Shown piece by piece: positions 11,867 to 23,827 of a stretch of DNA of 64,000 nt. The stretch is taken from contig NC_068989.1 in assembly GCF_001194135.2 (NCBI RefSeq), forward strand, positions 19,552,412-19,616,411, read 5' to 3'. Numbering within the stretch: the stretch's first letter is position 1; the number at the start of each line of letters is the position of its first letter. The DNA is from Octopus bimaculoides. Its lineage: Eukaryota. The translations under genes were made by a program, and so were the position numbers. Below the pieces are notes generated by a model, which was not told the origin of the DNA, did not search any database, and saw only the letters and a list, made by a program, of their open reading frames with translations.

Positions 11867-12225
11867 CTATGAAAAACATACTTAAGCTCATCAGTCAGAC
11901 TTAACACTACAACATCTATTTCTGAAATATTCATCACATTACACCGTGTGCGTTCTTACATTTGTATGCCCCCATGACATTCAGAGCATACATAATGTGA
12001 GACAGGACAGTTTAAAGTTAAATAGGTAACATTACCATTAATAATAATAATAATAATAATAATAAAGTGGCTAGGAAGTTTACACCTTTATAGTTAAAAT
12101 ATAAATAAAAATTCAGTAGGATATTAAAATACCACTTGCTATAGATAGAGCTATCACTCTAAAACCACAAACTACTATTAAAATACACACGGTGAATGCA
12201 ATAAACATAACAGAAATAGGCTCAC

Positions 12226-12280
12226 CTTGTATGAACTACAGAAGTAAGGAATGCATAGATTCCGGGATCAATTGATTTTA
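12226..12280 (-). CDS. Candidate duplicated exon, copy 2 (KSIDPGIYAFLTSVVHT)
   Basis: Donor aag|gtgagc. The homologous acceptor AG is mutated to AC (12288-12287), but a new AG 6 nt downstream (12282-12281) keeps the same phase. Confidence 0.4.
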
Positions 12281-13129
12281 CTTTCAGTATGAAAAATACA
12301 CATAAGCTTGTCAGCCAGACTTAACACTAAAACATCTATTTCTGAAATATTCATCACATTACACAGTAATAATGGTAATGATACCTATTTAGCTTCAAAA
12401 TTATATATATACATATATACATACATATATATATATAAACAACCATGGGTGTATATAAACTTACATTAATTTTTTTTTTAGAAGTGTTGAATGTGTATTG
12501 TACGATATAGACAAAAAAGTGATATTTCAAACACAGCATCACCATTAAAACACCAGAAATATTGGGTATTACTTTTACAATGTGGAAGAAGTTGTCAACA
12601 AACAGCTATATACATATACATGTATAGTTATTTGTGAGGGATTATCAATCTGGGCAAAATACTTCTTAAGCTCTCTGTTAGTACACCAGACTAACAATAT
12701 TGTTTAGATTAGTAAAGAAATCTAAGTATTCTTGTGGCAGGGTCCGAGGTTATAGTTCATCACCATTCTATATTGCAAATCCATGATTGTGCTCCAGTTA
12801 TACTGGATTTTAAACAGAGATATATAAATAAATAATGATCACTACATATTCTTCCTTCATTGGAGTAAATTTAGCTTACAGCTGTTTCCAGTAATTATTA
12901 CAGGTTCATTACTGATAAGCATAACCAGAAATGGCTCTGACAAAAGTAGCATTAATTTTTCAGGTTGTTCGACTTTTCTCAACTGATCAATAGACTAGTT
13001 GAGTAAACTTATCGGTAGTGGACCTATAAATACTGAAAACAACTGTAAACCAAATTTACTCCAATAAAGGAAAAATATATGACCATTATTTATACCTTGT
13101 GTCATATATATATATATATATAGGAAATG

Positions 13130-13640
13130 TGCTGTGCGTGAGAAGACCCGGCAAGCCAAGTGAGATCGTTGCCAGGGCCCCTGGACTGGCTCTTGTGCGG
13201 GTGGCACATAAGATGTACCATCTTGAGCGTGACCGTTGCCAGTACCGCCTGACTGGCCTTGTAGGGTTTTCGAGCGAGATTGTTGCCAGTGCCCCTGGAC
13301 TGGCTCTTGTGCGGATGGCACATAAAAGACATCATTTCGAGCGTGGCCGTTTTCATGCAGGTGACACGTAAAAGCACCCACTACACTCTCTGAGTGGTTG
13401 GCGTTAGGAAGGGCATCCAGCTGTAGAAACTCTGCCAAATTAGATTGGAGCCTGGTGTTGCCATCCGGTTTCACCAGTCCTCAGTCAAATCGTCCAACCC
13501 ATGCTAGCATGGAANNNNNNNNNNNNNNNNNNNNNNNNNNNNNNNNNNNNNNNNNNNNNNNNNNNNNNNNNNNNNNNNNNNNNNNNNNNNNNNNNNNNNN
13601 NNATGGAAAGCGGACGTTAAACGATGATGATGATGATATA
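13130..13640 (+). mobile_element. RTE-tail-type SINE with internal tandem subunits, interrupted by an N gap
   Basis: Repeated gttgccag(t/g)gcccctggactggctcttgtgcgg subunits and a (GAT)n tail. Confidence 0.85.
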
Positions 13641-13680
<40 letters not shown>

Positions 13681-13723
13681 AACGATGATGATGATATATA
13701 TACACAATGGATTTTCAGTTTCT

Positions 13724-13940
13724 TATTTCTTTACTGCCCACAAGGGGCTATACAAGGACAGACAAAGGGATTAAGTCGATTACATCGACCCCAGTGCGTA
13801 ACTGGTACTTAATTTATCGACCCCGAAAGGATGAAAGGCAAAGTCGACCTCGGCGGAATTTGAACTCAGAACGTAAAGACAGACGAAATACTGCTAAGCA
13901 TATTGCCCGGCATGCTAACGTTTCTGCCAGCTCGCCGCCT
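13724..13940 (-). mobile_element. Young tRNA-headed SINE (Meta-domain-like: GAGGTCGACTTTGCCTTTCATCC) inserted into another SINE
   Basis: Near-complete copy flanked by the direct repeat tttcagtttct (probable TSD). Family assignment is from memory. Confidence 0.85.
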
Positions 13941-14342
13941 TCGGACTTTCAGTTTCTGTCACCCAAATCCACTTAGAAGGCTGTGTGGGGGCTAAAGTAG
14001 AAGACATTTGCCCAAAGTGCCATGCAGTGGGGCTGAACCTGGAACCATGTGATTGCAAAGCAAAGGTCCTTACTACACAAGCCACAGATGTACCACTATT
14101 TCAGAAAACTGTTCCTAAATAGTTTGTATGTCTATGTATAACTTCCACTTAAATTCATTATGTTTTCTATTAACTGTAGCAATGTGGTGTAAAGATAATA
14201 AACAATATCAAAGCATTTGTGCAGATAACAGTGGAGATAAAAAAAATCAAAATGGAATATTTAACTTTAATAAATTTAACCCTTCACTTTTTGCTTTACA
14301 TTGAAGATAAATACACTTGATAAGAAAGAAAAAAAAATCCTT

Positions 14343-14611
14343 CATCATCATCATCGTTTAACGTCCGCTTTCCATGCTAGCATGGGTTGGACGATTTGAC
14401 TGAGGACTGGTGCAACCGGATGGCTACACCAGGCTCCAATCTAAATTGGCAGAGTTTCTACAGCTGGATGCCCTTCCTAACGCCAACCACTCAGAGAGTG
14501 TAGTGGGTGCTTTTACGTGTCACCCGCACAAAAACGGCCACGCTCGAAATGGTGTCTTTTATGTGCCACCCGCACAAGAGCCAGTCCAGGGGCACTGGCA
14601 ACGATCTCGCT
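14343..14611 (-). mobile_element. RTE-tail-type SINE, inverted relative to the 13130-13640 copy
   Basis: The reverse complement matches about 13277-13514 with few substitutions. Confidence 0.9.
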
Positions 14612-17028
14612 CCACAAATAAAATATATCAACAACATAACTAATCTTCTGATATATCCTTCATGTAAATACAATTCAAAATATTAAGCTTTAGCTGGATT
14701 GGAACTTTCATAATATGCTTTACATTAAACCATGGAGTGGAGATAGGCACAAAATGCAGGGCATATTCTGATCATAACTGCATCAACTACTTCTTTTTAA
14801 TGTTCCAGTAGGAGCTCAGAAAATGTAAAGAAATGTTTATTATAACAACAATATATTCTATCTTTTACTTGTTTCAGCCATTGAACTGTGTACTGCCTCG
14901 AAGGGTTTCAGTTACAAATTGACTCCAGTACTTATTTTTTAATGTCTGGTACTTAGTCTATTGGATGCTTGCCAAACATCTATGTTACATGGATGACAAC
15001 AAACCAACACCAGTTGTCATGCAGTGGGAATGGGGATCAGATGCAAACACATACACATGCACATCATAATTGTGGCTGATGCTGGTGTTTTGTAACTGGC
15101 ACCCATGCCAGTGGCATGTAAAAAGCACCCACTACACTCTTGGAGTAGTTGGCAATAGGAAGGGCATGCAGCTGTAGAAACTCTGCCAGATCAGATTGGA
15201 ACCTGGTGCAGCTCCCCAGCTTGCTGGTTTTCAGTCAAACCGTCCAACCCATGCCAGCATGGAAAACGGACGTTAGACTGACTTCTCTCAGTTTCCATAT
15301 ACCAAATCCTCTCACAAGGCTTTGGTCTGTCTCGAGCTATAGTAGAACTGCCCAAGGTGTCGTGTAGTGGAACTGAACCTGTAAACATGTGGTTGGCAAG
15401 CAAACTTCTTACCACACACCCATGCCTAGAAAAAGATTTTACTGGATATCTCTTCTACAGATATAAACCTGATTCATGTTGGAAGATACATAGCTTGAAT
15501 TAAACCTAAATATGAAAAAAAAACAAAACAAAAAACCCTCTGTTATCATTTGAACGTATAACACATAAGTACACTTCACTAGCACATCTGCTACTCAAAA
15601 CCCGCATCGTATCCTCCGATTGTATAGAGTTGTCGCTTGATCATGTGGCACTCTGTACTTAGTTTCAAATAACAAGTTAACATCATTGATTTCTTTAACT
15701 TCTGCCGCAAGTACTCAAGTCTAACACCTCCAACACTGCCAACCCTACTACATCATGCTAATACTCGTAATTTAGTAATTTAGCGACACCACCACGTAGA
15801 AAGAAGGTGCAGAATCGTGAAGAGAATTTGGAAAGCCACAGAGATTTAATTTAATGACAATCACGATTTAGTTTTTCCGTGGTTAGAGTAACGTTATATT
15901 TACATTAATCTATTATTAAGTAAACGTATCCAGTCCTCTATCTATCTATCTATCTACCAGATCGATGAGATTATTGTTCGGCTAATTGCTGCTGCAGGTA
16001 GTTTGCATGCTTGCACGTGGTTGGAACTGTTTAAAATGATGACCAGTTCTAAGTCAGTTTCAGGTGTTGTTTGGACTGACGTTGAATAACTACAATATCT
16101 GGTTAAAATATCTGTCTCAAGTTTTTAGCTTTAACGGTGTGGACTCACGTATTTTTTAATAAACACGAACAATTTAGCGGATATTTTCATTAACGATTTC
16201 TTTCAAAACTGAAAATTCTCATACAATAGGTCATTCTCAAAAAGATTTTTGTTAAATGTCACCGATTAGATTACGTGATTTTAAAAAAATGGAATAGTCC
16301 CAATATGGAATAAACTTCCAGAACATCTGTTAATGACAATTTAACCATTTTCCATAAGGATTTAAGTAACACAAATTTTTTGAAAGGTGGGGATCGGTGC
16401 TAAGATGTTGGATATGCTTTTCCTTTTGATGTTTTAATGTATATACACATATTGCAATCATAATGGTCACATTAAAAACAATGCAAATTTTTGGCTCCAG
16501 TTTTTTTGTATCATTTATATGTGAAAGGTTTTGTTATTTGTTTGGAATTTTCTTTCTTGTAATTTTTTTAATAAATTATGTAACAGTATTAAACGTAAAT
16601 ATTAAAATAAAATTCATTCAAAACTAAAAAAAAAAAAAATAATAGTGTGTGTACATGTGTGTATGTATTTGTTTACGCCAATGATGAACTTTCTATAAAC
16701 AGAGAGAGAGAGAAAGAAAGAGAGAGAGAGAGAGAGAAATAGTGTGTGTGTGTGAAGGAGAGAAAGAGGAGAAAGAAAAATCAGACGGAAAGAAATAAAG
16801 TAAAGCAAGAGGGTGGTGAGTAAAAGAGAGGGGGAGAAAATCATCGCTTCATACCAATACGGTCATGTTTACAATATAACGAAGAAAAAAAACTATAATA
16901 ATAAAAGGAAAGTAAATAAATAGAGGCGAGTCGGAGTAATGTCAACATTGGTTTTTTTCATAGATTTTAAAGCAAAAAAATAATAATAATAGCAAAAAAG
17001 TTAATGAAATAAGATAAATTATTCTTAC

Positions 17029-17499
17029 TGATATGATGTGCGGACAAGCCATGCAATCGGGCTTTAAAATTGCCAATGTCAGTTGGAGTTTGTTGGCAAC
17101 CACGTGCATTTTGGTAGCACGTTGGAGCCACCATACAAACGATGAAATAACCTGAAGACTTGAAGAGTTCCTCCTTTTCTGAAGTGACAATAATATTTAT
17201 AATTAGCTCCCTTGCAAGTCAAACCCAAAACATTTGTTGTCAAATTATAAATAAAACGAAGTTAGGAATTGGTGAAATACTGTTTGTTCCTTTTACAGCT
17301 CGAGCTGTAAAAGACGACGTCTGCTTATCTCCAGGTCTGTTTTAACTATGCCACGAGTTAGGTTGTTGATTGTAGTGAGATACTGCCACAGAGGAATAAA
17401 TACAAGATCTTCACAGCAGACGATTACTAAACTGAACAAGAGAAGACCTTGGAATATCACGTACAAGAAAGAGATAAATAATAAAAATTCTTTCAACAC
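17029..17499 (-). other. Candidate 471-nt exon (5' UTR plus possible start MVAPTCYQNARGCQQTPTDIGNFKARLHGLSAHHI)
   Basis: Acceptor ttttgttttttttag| and donor ca|gtaaga, in unique, relatively CpG-rich sequence. The ATG frame ends in phase 1, compatible with the 11866 exon. Confidence 0.3.
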
Positions 17500-20257
17500 C
17501 TAAAAAAAACAAAATAAACCAACACTTATTTTCTGTTTGTTGGCCTCAAATGCATTCACCTATCAAGACAAAGATAGATGCATATTTTCTTTTGTTTTCA
17601 CTCAAAAACATCACATCTCTTCACCTCACTATCGTCTTACTTTTCTCCTTGTTCTCTCCTTTCCCGTCTTTTACATTAACCAGTAGCATGCTTTTCTTTA
17701 AACAAAGCTAAGACGTGATCTCCCATATTATGAATAGTTAATGGCAGCTGGTAAGAGTAAACAAATTTCTTATCCTTGATATCTCTAATCACCATCGCTG
17801 TGTAGATAAAATGCTTTAATTGAATAGCTCATGGATACTGAGTTCGATTCCTGTCTCACACGATATGCCGTTACTTCAAATAATTCTTGTCACTTTATTT
17901 GCCTTAAGTCAACATAACTAGTTGTATTACGAGGCTGTCATCAAATGTAATTGAGGGCTAGTTGAGACATTAGATTTCTGAGTTTGAACGTTAGTACAAA
18001 GAACTTGACATACAAGAGGTTAATGTATCTATAGTTATTGTTCAGGTAAATGATCTCAATTGAGGTATATGTATATAGTTTAATTATTCTATCTTAGAAG
18101 AATTGATAATAACAGAGTCGATAACCAATATCGGGAGGTTTTTTTTTTTGTACTTTGTAAGTTTTAGACGTAAGCATGGCTGTGTTGTTAAGTTTGTTTC
18201 CCAACCACATGGTTCAGGGTGCTGTCCCACAACGTGGCGAGTTGGACAAGTTTCTTCGACTACTGTTCGGGCCAACCAAAGCCTTATGAGTGATTAGAAA
18301 GACGGAAACTGAAAGAAGCCTGTCGTTTCTGCGTATGTTTCTTTATGCGAATTTGTAAACGAACGAGCAATCATACAAGCGTTGTTGTTCAAACATGTCC
18401 AGCCCTGAGGAAGAATGCCTTTATTGGAAACAGTTGAGGGTTGGCAACAGAAAGGACATCTGGCCAAAGAAAATCTGCCTCATCAAAATTCATCTGATGC
18501 AAGAATGTAAAAGGGGACATTAAAACTATGATGACAATATATTTGTTAGTGTCTATTTTACTATGGAATATATTATGCATCGACTTTAAATTTCATTTAT
18601 ACCATTTCTAAACCCACAGCTTTTCCATCACACCATTCCTACCTCAAACATTGCTCTGTTGATAGCATTGCGCAAAATGAAGTTGTCTCCTTGTTCTCGA
18701 GGCTTCACTTCTACTATTATACTCATTCCTTTGGCAAAATGGCTTGAAGCTCAGTTTCCCAAGTCCATGTTACTTACTTTGTACCTATACATATGATATT
18801 CCTGTATATCAAACTGCTCACCACTCCATTTATTTATTATTTTTTTTTTGGTCTTCCACTTCTTACTTGTTTATATTTCAACAAAAGGGGATCCGGGGTT
18901 TTTAGTAGCTCTTGTTTATCTCCACAACATCAATGCCTTTACCTTACTTCCGATATACGCTTCAAAGGCAGATGCTTAAATCAGGTCAAGTTGATTACTT
19001 CTTCCATAGAATGCAGCAGTATCAAATGATCTCAAAAGACCAAACTGTTTCAAATGCTGACTATGATACTGCAACCACATAAATCAATAAATATCACACC
19101 ATCTTACAAAAAATCCATAAAGAAAACACTACACCTTAAACTTTCCTAGCAGTTTTCCCTAATGAATAATGACTTTCAGTTACTGATCTGCCCAGGTTCA
19201 TTATTGGTTATTTTCTTACTAAAGAGGATAAAAATATAACACCAGCTATTTAGAAGCAAATTTATGCCTTTCTTCCACGAATGTCTTGGCTTTTAATTTT
19301 ATTCTTGACCATGCAAATAAGTGGTCATTTGAGGAGTTTGCATGCTGTGCTTCTAGCTTCACCATCGCAATAATATCTGAGCTTCCTGTTCTTTTGCCAT
19401 AAATATTTCTACCAAACTAAACCAAAGTTATCTTAGCAACTTCCTTGATTCCATAGCTTAATTTCTTGTTATGATTTCTTTCTTTTGGTGTTGAGAAGGG
19501 GAAATGTTACCATACTTGGAAACAAGTGAGAGTTGCAACAAGGACATTGGGCTATAGAAAATCTGTTTCAACAAATTCTATTTGATTTGTGCCAGCATGG
19601 AAAAGTGGATATTAAAATTTTGATGATGAAATGGTGAAATCTTCACTCTCTTTAGTAATTTTCATAAAAATTTAACATAGAAGATATTAGCCTCAACAAA
19701 TAACTGAAAAGAGGTACAAACTGAACAGATTGATATATGGAAGTATAGATAATAGACTACTGTGCAAAATTAAATCATGTTTATCTTTTACTTGTTTTGG
19801 CCTTTAAACTGTGGCAGTGCTGGAGTACTGCTTTGAAGGATCTAGTGAACAAGTTGATCCCATTACTTATTTCAAAACCTGGTACTTATGCTATTGGTCA
19901 CTTTGGCCAAACTGCTAAGTTATAGAGAAACAGACCCTATCAAGCACTGGTGGGGTTCAACACACACACATACACAATGAGCTTCTTTCCAGTTTCTGTC
20001 TACAAAATCCACTCACAAACCTTTGGTCATACCAGGATTACAGTAGAAAGCTATAGTAGTATGGTGCGCCTTGGACTGAACTCAAGACCACATGGTTGGG
20101 AAGCTTACTTTCCAACCACAGAACCAATTTTTTTTTGCTTTTGTAAAACATGGAGATGACAGGGCATTTATACATCATTCTATGAAAGGAGCAACTGAGC
20201 TACAAAAGATCAAAAACCCTGCTATCTGAGATTGGGCTGAATATTTAATAGGCTGAC

Positions 20258-21845
20258 TATGAAGGCGTAATGCTAGACCAGTGAAATCTTGCATGCCTTA
20301 ATTTCACCTCTTATTAATAACTGCATTGTTTTTTTCCAGGTAAACTAACATCTGACTGTTTAAAGAAGACTTCAAAAGTAACTAGTAGCAACTTCTCTTG
20401 AAAATAACACAACATTGTTGTGTTACCAAGTTGTTGTTGTTGGCACTCCGTCGCTTATGACGTCGAGGGTTCCAGTTGATCCGATCAACGGAACAGCCTG
20501 CTCGTGAAATCAATGTGCAAGTGGCTGAGCACTCCACAGACACGCGTACCCTTAACGTAGTTCTCGGGGATATTCAGCATGACACAGTGTGACAAGGCTG
20601 GCCCTTTTAATTACAGGCACAACAGAAACAGGAAGTAAGAGTGAGAGAAAGTTGTGGTGGAAGAGTACAGCAAAGTTCGCCACCATCCCTTGCTGGAGCC
20701 TCGTGGAGCTTTAGGTGTTTTCGCTCAATAAACACTCATAATGCCCGGTCTGGGAATCGAAACTGCGATCCTATGACCGCGAGTCCACTGCCCTAACCAC
20801 TGGGCCATTGCGCCTCCACCGTGTTACCAAGTACCTACAGATAAAGTGCTTAGCCCTCAAAAACATTAATGCTGATATGGTTACAGCATTAGGTAATGAT
20901 GCTCCATATTTATCAACAGTACAAAAGTGGGGAGCGCGAATTTAGGAAAGGAGGGGAGAGTCTTGAAGATAACCCAAGGTCTGGCCATCCTACAACTGTC
21001 ACTATCAAGGAAAACATTGATCACGTTCATCACATGGTGATGGATGACAGGCGATTGATTATAAATCAAATAGCTAATGCTATTAGTATATCCTGTGAGT
21101 GTTGAAAATATTCTGCACAATGATCTTGTTATGACAAAGGTTTCTGCTTAGTAGGTGCCACATCTCTCATCTGATTAAAAGCACACCAGACTAATAACAT
21201 CACAGGGAAATCTGACATTGTTTGAGGTAGATCCTGTTTGTTTCCTTGAACGTTTCCTAACTCAGGATGAATGTTGGCTTCATCACTTTGTGCCAGAGGC
21301 AAAAAGACAATCCATGCAGTGGAAACACCACTTCTCACCTGCTCCAAAGAAGGTCAAGGTTGTTTCATCTGCAGGGAAGGTGATAGCCTGTTTTGGGGGG
21401 ATGCAAAACGCATTGTATTTATTGACTGTCTTAAAAAGGGCCACACCATCAATGGAGAGTGCTATGCCAACTTGCTGAGGCAGTTATGAAAGGCTATCAA
21501 GATCAAACACCCAGGAAAACTGATGAAAGGGGTTTTGTTTCATCAGGACAATGCTCCAGCACACAAGTCCTTGGTATCAATGGCTGCTGTTCATGATTGT
21601 GCCTTTGAACTGGTTGATCACCCTCTCTATTCTTATTTGGCCCAATCTGACTATCATCTGTTCCCCAACATGAAAAACATTTGGTTGGGAACCAATATCA
21701 CAGTGAAGATGATGTCATATCTACTGTTGATGACTTTTTTGACCAACAAGATGAAAGCTTCTTTACCAATGGGATCCAAGCCCTGAAACACAGATGGAAG
21801 ACATGTGGACTGCAAAGGGGACTATCTTGAAAAATAAATCTCTAA
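20258..21845 (+). mobile_element. Mariner transposon relic (frameshifted), interrupted by a SINE
   Basis: Fragments ESLEDNPRSGHP, FLTQDECWLHHFVPEAKRQSMQW, GVLFHQDNAPAH and DYHLFP. The reading frame rejoins across the SINE (HCCVTKYLQIK...INADMVTALG). Confidence 0.9.
20432..20820 (-). mobile_element. Full-length tRNA-derived SINE with (CAA)n tail and TSD
   Basis: Head GGTGGAGGCGCAATGGCCCAGTGGTTAGGGCAG...TTTCGATTCCC with A and B boxes. TSD GTGTTACCAAG(T) at 20420-20431 and 20821-20832. Confidence 0.92.
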
Positions 21846-23786
21846 AAAGATGAAAGTCAAAGTTGACTTCAGCAGAATGTGAACTCAGAATATATAGAGC
21901 TAGAAGAAATGACACAGAATATTTTGCCCAGCATGCTAGCAGCTCTGTCAGTTCTCCTCCTTTAATAATTCTTTCTACTATAGGCACAAAGCCAGAAATT
22001 TATGGGAAGAAGCTAATGCTCAACTAGTACATTTTTCATCGACCCTGAAAAGATGAAAGGCAAAGTCACCCTTAACAGAATTTGAATGATGGACGAAATA
22101 CTGCTAAGCATTTTATCCAGCATGGTAACAATTCTGCCAGCTTGCTACCTTATTCACTGTATTTTAAAACAGATGGCATTACAATAGTTATTTGTACTCC
22201 CTTTACTCCATCCAGCCATCAACAAATTGGTTGTTCTTTCATTATTGTGTTTTTATCCAGCCTGCTCGTTTGAGTGTTTGCTCTAATATACTAGAATTTA
22301 GTTACAGCTAGGAATAACATCAGGTAACTGAAAAATGCTTTTGAGGAATTTGCTTTCTCAGCATGCTATTTTGCTGAGTGAGTTATGGTTTATAAGAAAA
22401 AATGTTTATGCAAATGTGCAGTTATATTTTCTTTATATGTCATCATCATCATTTAACGTCTGCTTTCCATGCTGGCATGGGTTAGATGGTTTGACTGGAA
22501 CTGGTAAGCTAAAGAGCTGCACCAGGTTCCAGTCTGATTTGGCATGGTTTCTATGGCTGAATGCTCTTCCTAATGCCAACCACTCCAAGAGTGTAATAGT
22601 TGCTTTTTATGCACCACCAGCACAGGTGCCATTTACATGACACCAGCAACAGCCACGACTATGATTGGGTGCCATTATTACAATAGAGTAATTGATGATA
22701 GACTCCCAAACAGGTCAATCATTAGTACATTGCATTTTTTATGGTAACAAGAGAATGTCTGAAACTCAGTGCATAGTACTTTGATGAGCATCAGGTTTTC
22801 AATGTTCTCATTGATACATCATGGACTTCTGCAATTCCCATCTACCAAAGTTCATTCACAAAGAATTGGTCAACCTGAGGCTATGATAAAAAGACATTTG
22901 TCCATAGTGTGTAACATTGAGATTGAATCCAGAACCACATTTTGCAAAGTGGACTTCTTAACCACACAGCTGTCTGCATGGATTTGCAACAGACTTTCTT
23001 TTAGATATTTGTACAAAATATCCAGGAAAGCATAGTTCTTTTTGCCTTTATCTGCCAGCATTTTGATCAATATTTCTTGATTATGTAAAAGAATGAACAG
23101 CCAAAGTATTTTGTACTTTCCTAATGGCTACATCAACGACTCAATATCTCTGAAAAATCTGTCATTCTCTATTCAATCTTTGATCACCACTAACTTTATA
23201 TAGTGGAGATTGACTTTATCATTTCACTTATCTGTACTCCAATTGTTACTTTTCTATTCTGCATGAGTAATATAAGACTTACAAACTCCAAAATTTGCCA
23301 AAGTATATTTTTAATAGGTAAAATATTTATTTTAAATCATCCTCATCTATAGATTTGCAGTGAGCTCCATAGAGTAAGTGGTAATCTTAGTGATCTAATT
23401 CCAATTCCTAGTTTGAGCCATTTCATTTCACTTGACATGAAAATACTTCTCCATAAATTTAAGGCCTTTTTCTAAAGAAAACTCAGCAAGTTGACTGTCA
23501 TCAATATTTATCAATATCCAAAATTTATTTCAAAGTCAAACAACTGCTAAGTTATGAGGATATAAACAAACCAACACCAGTTGTTAAGCAGTGGGTGTGA
23601 GGGAACATACACACACACATATATATCATCATTCTAATTAAATGCCTATTTTCCATGCAGGCAAGCAAAAGAGCTGCACCAGGTTCCAGTCTGATTTGGT
23701 TTGGTTTCTACAGCTAGATGCTCTTCCTAATGCCAACCATTTTAGAGTGTGCTGGGTACTTTTTATGTGGTACCAGCACATATGTA

Positions 23787-23827
<41 letters not shown>

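Larger units (their letters stand above)
11757..12364. repeat. Tandem duplication of a ~188-bp unique segment (11757-11944 and 12176-12364, offset 420 bp)
   Basis: Both copies align along their whole length, from aaatacacac to tcatcacattacac, with scattered substitutions. Confidence 0.95.

Noticed and set aside
11886-11896. CTGATGAG hammerhead-like core in cassette copy 1
   Set aside because: No stem II followed by GAAA, and the motif is absent from copy 2.
11806-11920. Alternative frame IDVVVLSLTDELKYVFHREGKIN-TGA-SWNIRIPYFCSSYK, suggesting selenocysteine
   Set aside because: Differences between the copies are mostly non-synonymous in this frame, and no SECIS was seen.
11893-11940. Box C (GTGATGA) and CTGA in both copies of the duplicated cassette, suggesting a C/D snoRNA
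   Set aside because: The C-to-D span is only ~47 nt, there is no terminal stem next to the D box, and I found no rRNA or snRNA complement. The exon interpretation fits better.
13141-13330. Repeated ~30-bp units with variable spacing, superficially CRISPR-like
   Set aside because: These are internal subunits of a eukaryotic SINE family that recurs across the window. There are no unique spacers and no cas genes.
18600-19500. Purine-rich minus-strand stretch resembling decayed coding DNA
   Set aside because: Many stops and no motif I could assign. It would need tBLASTx against Repbase.
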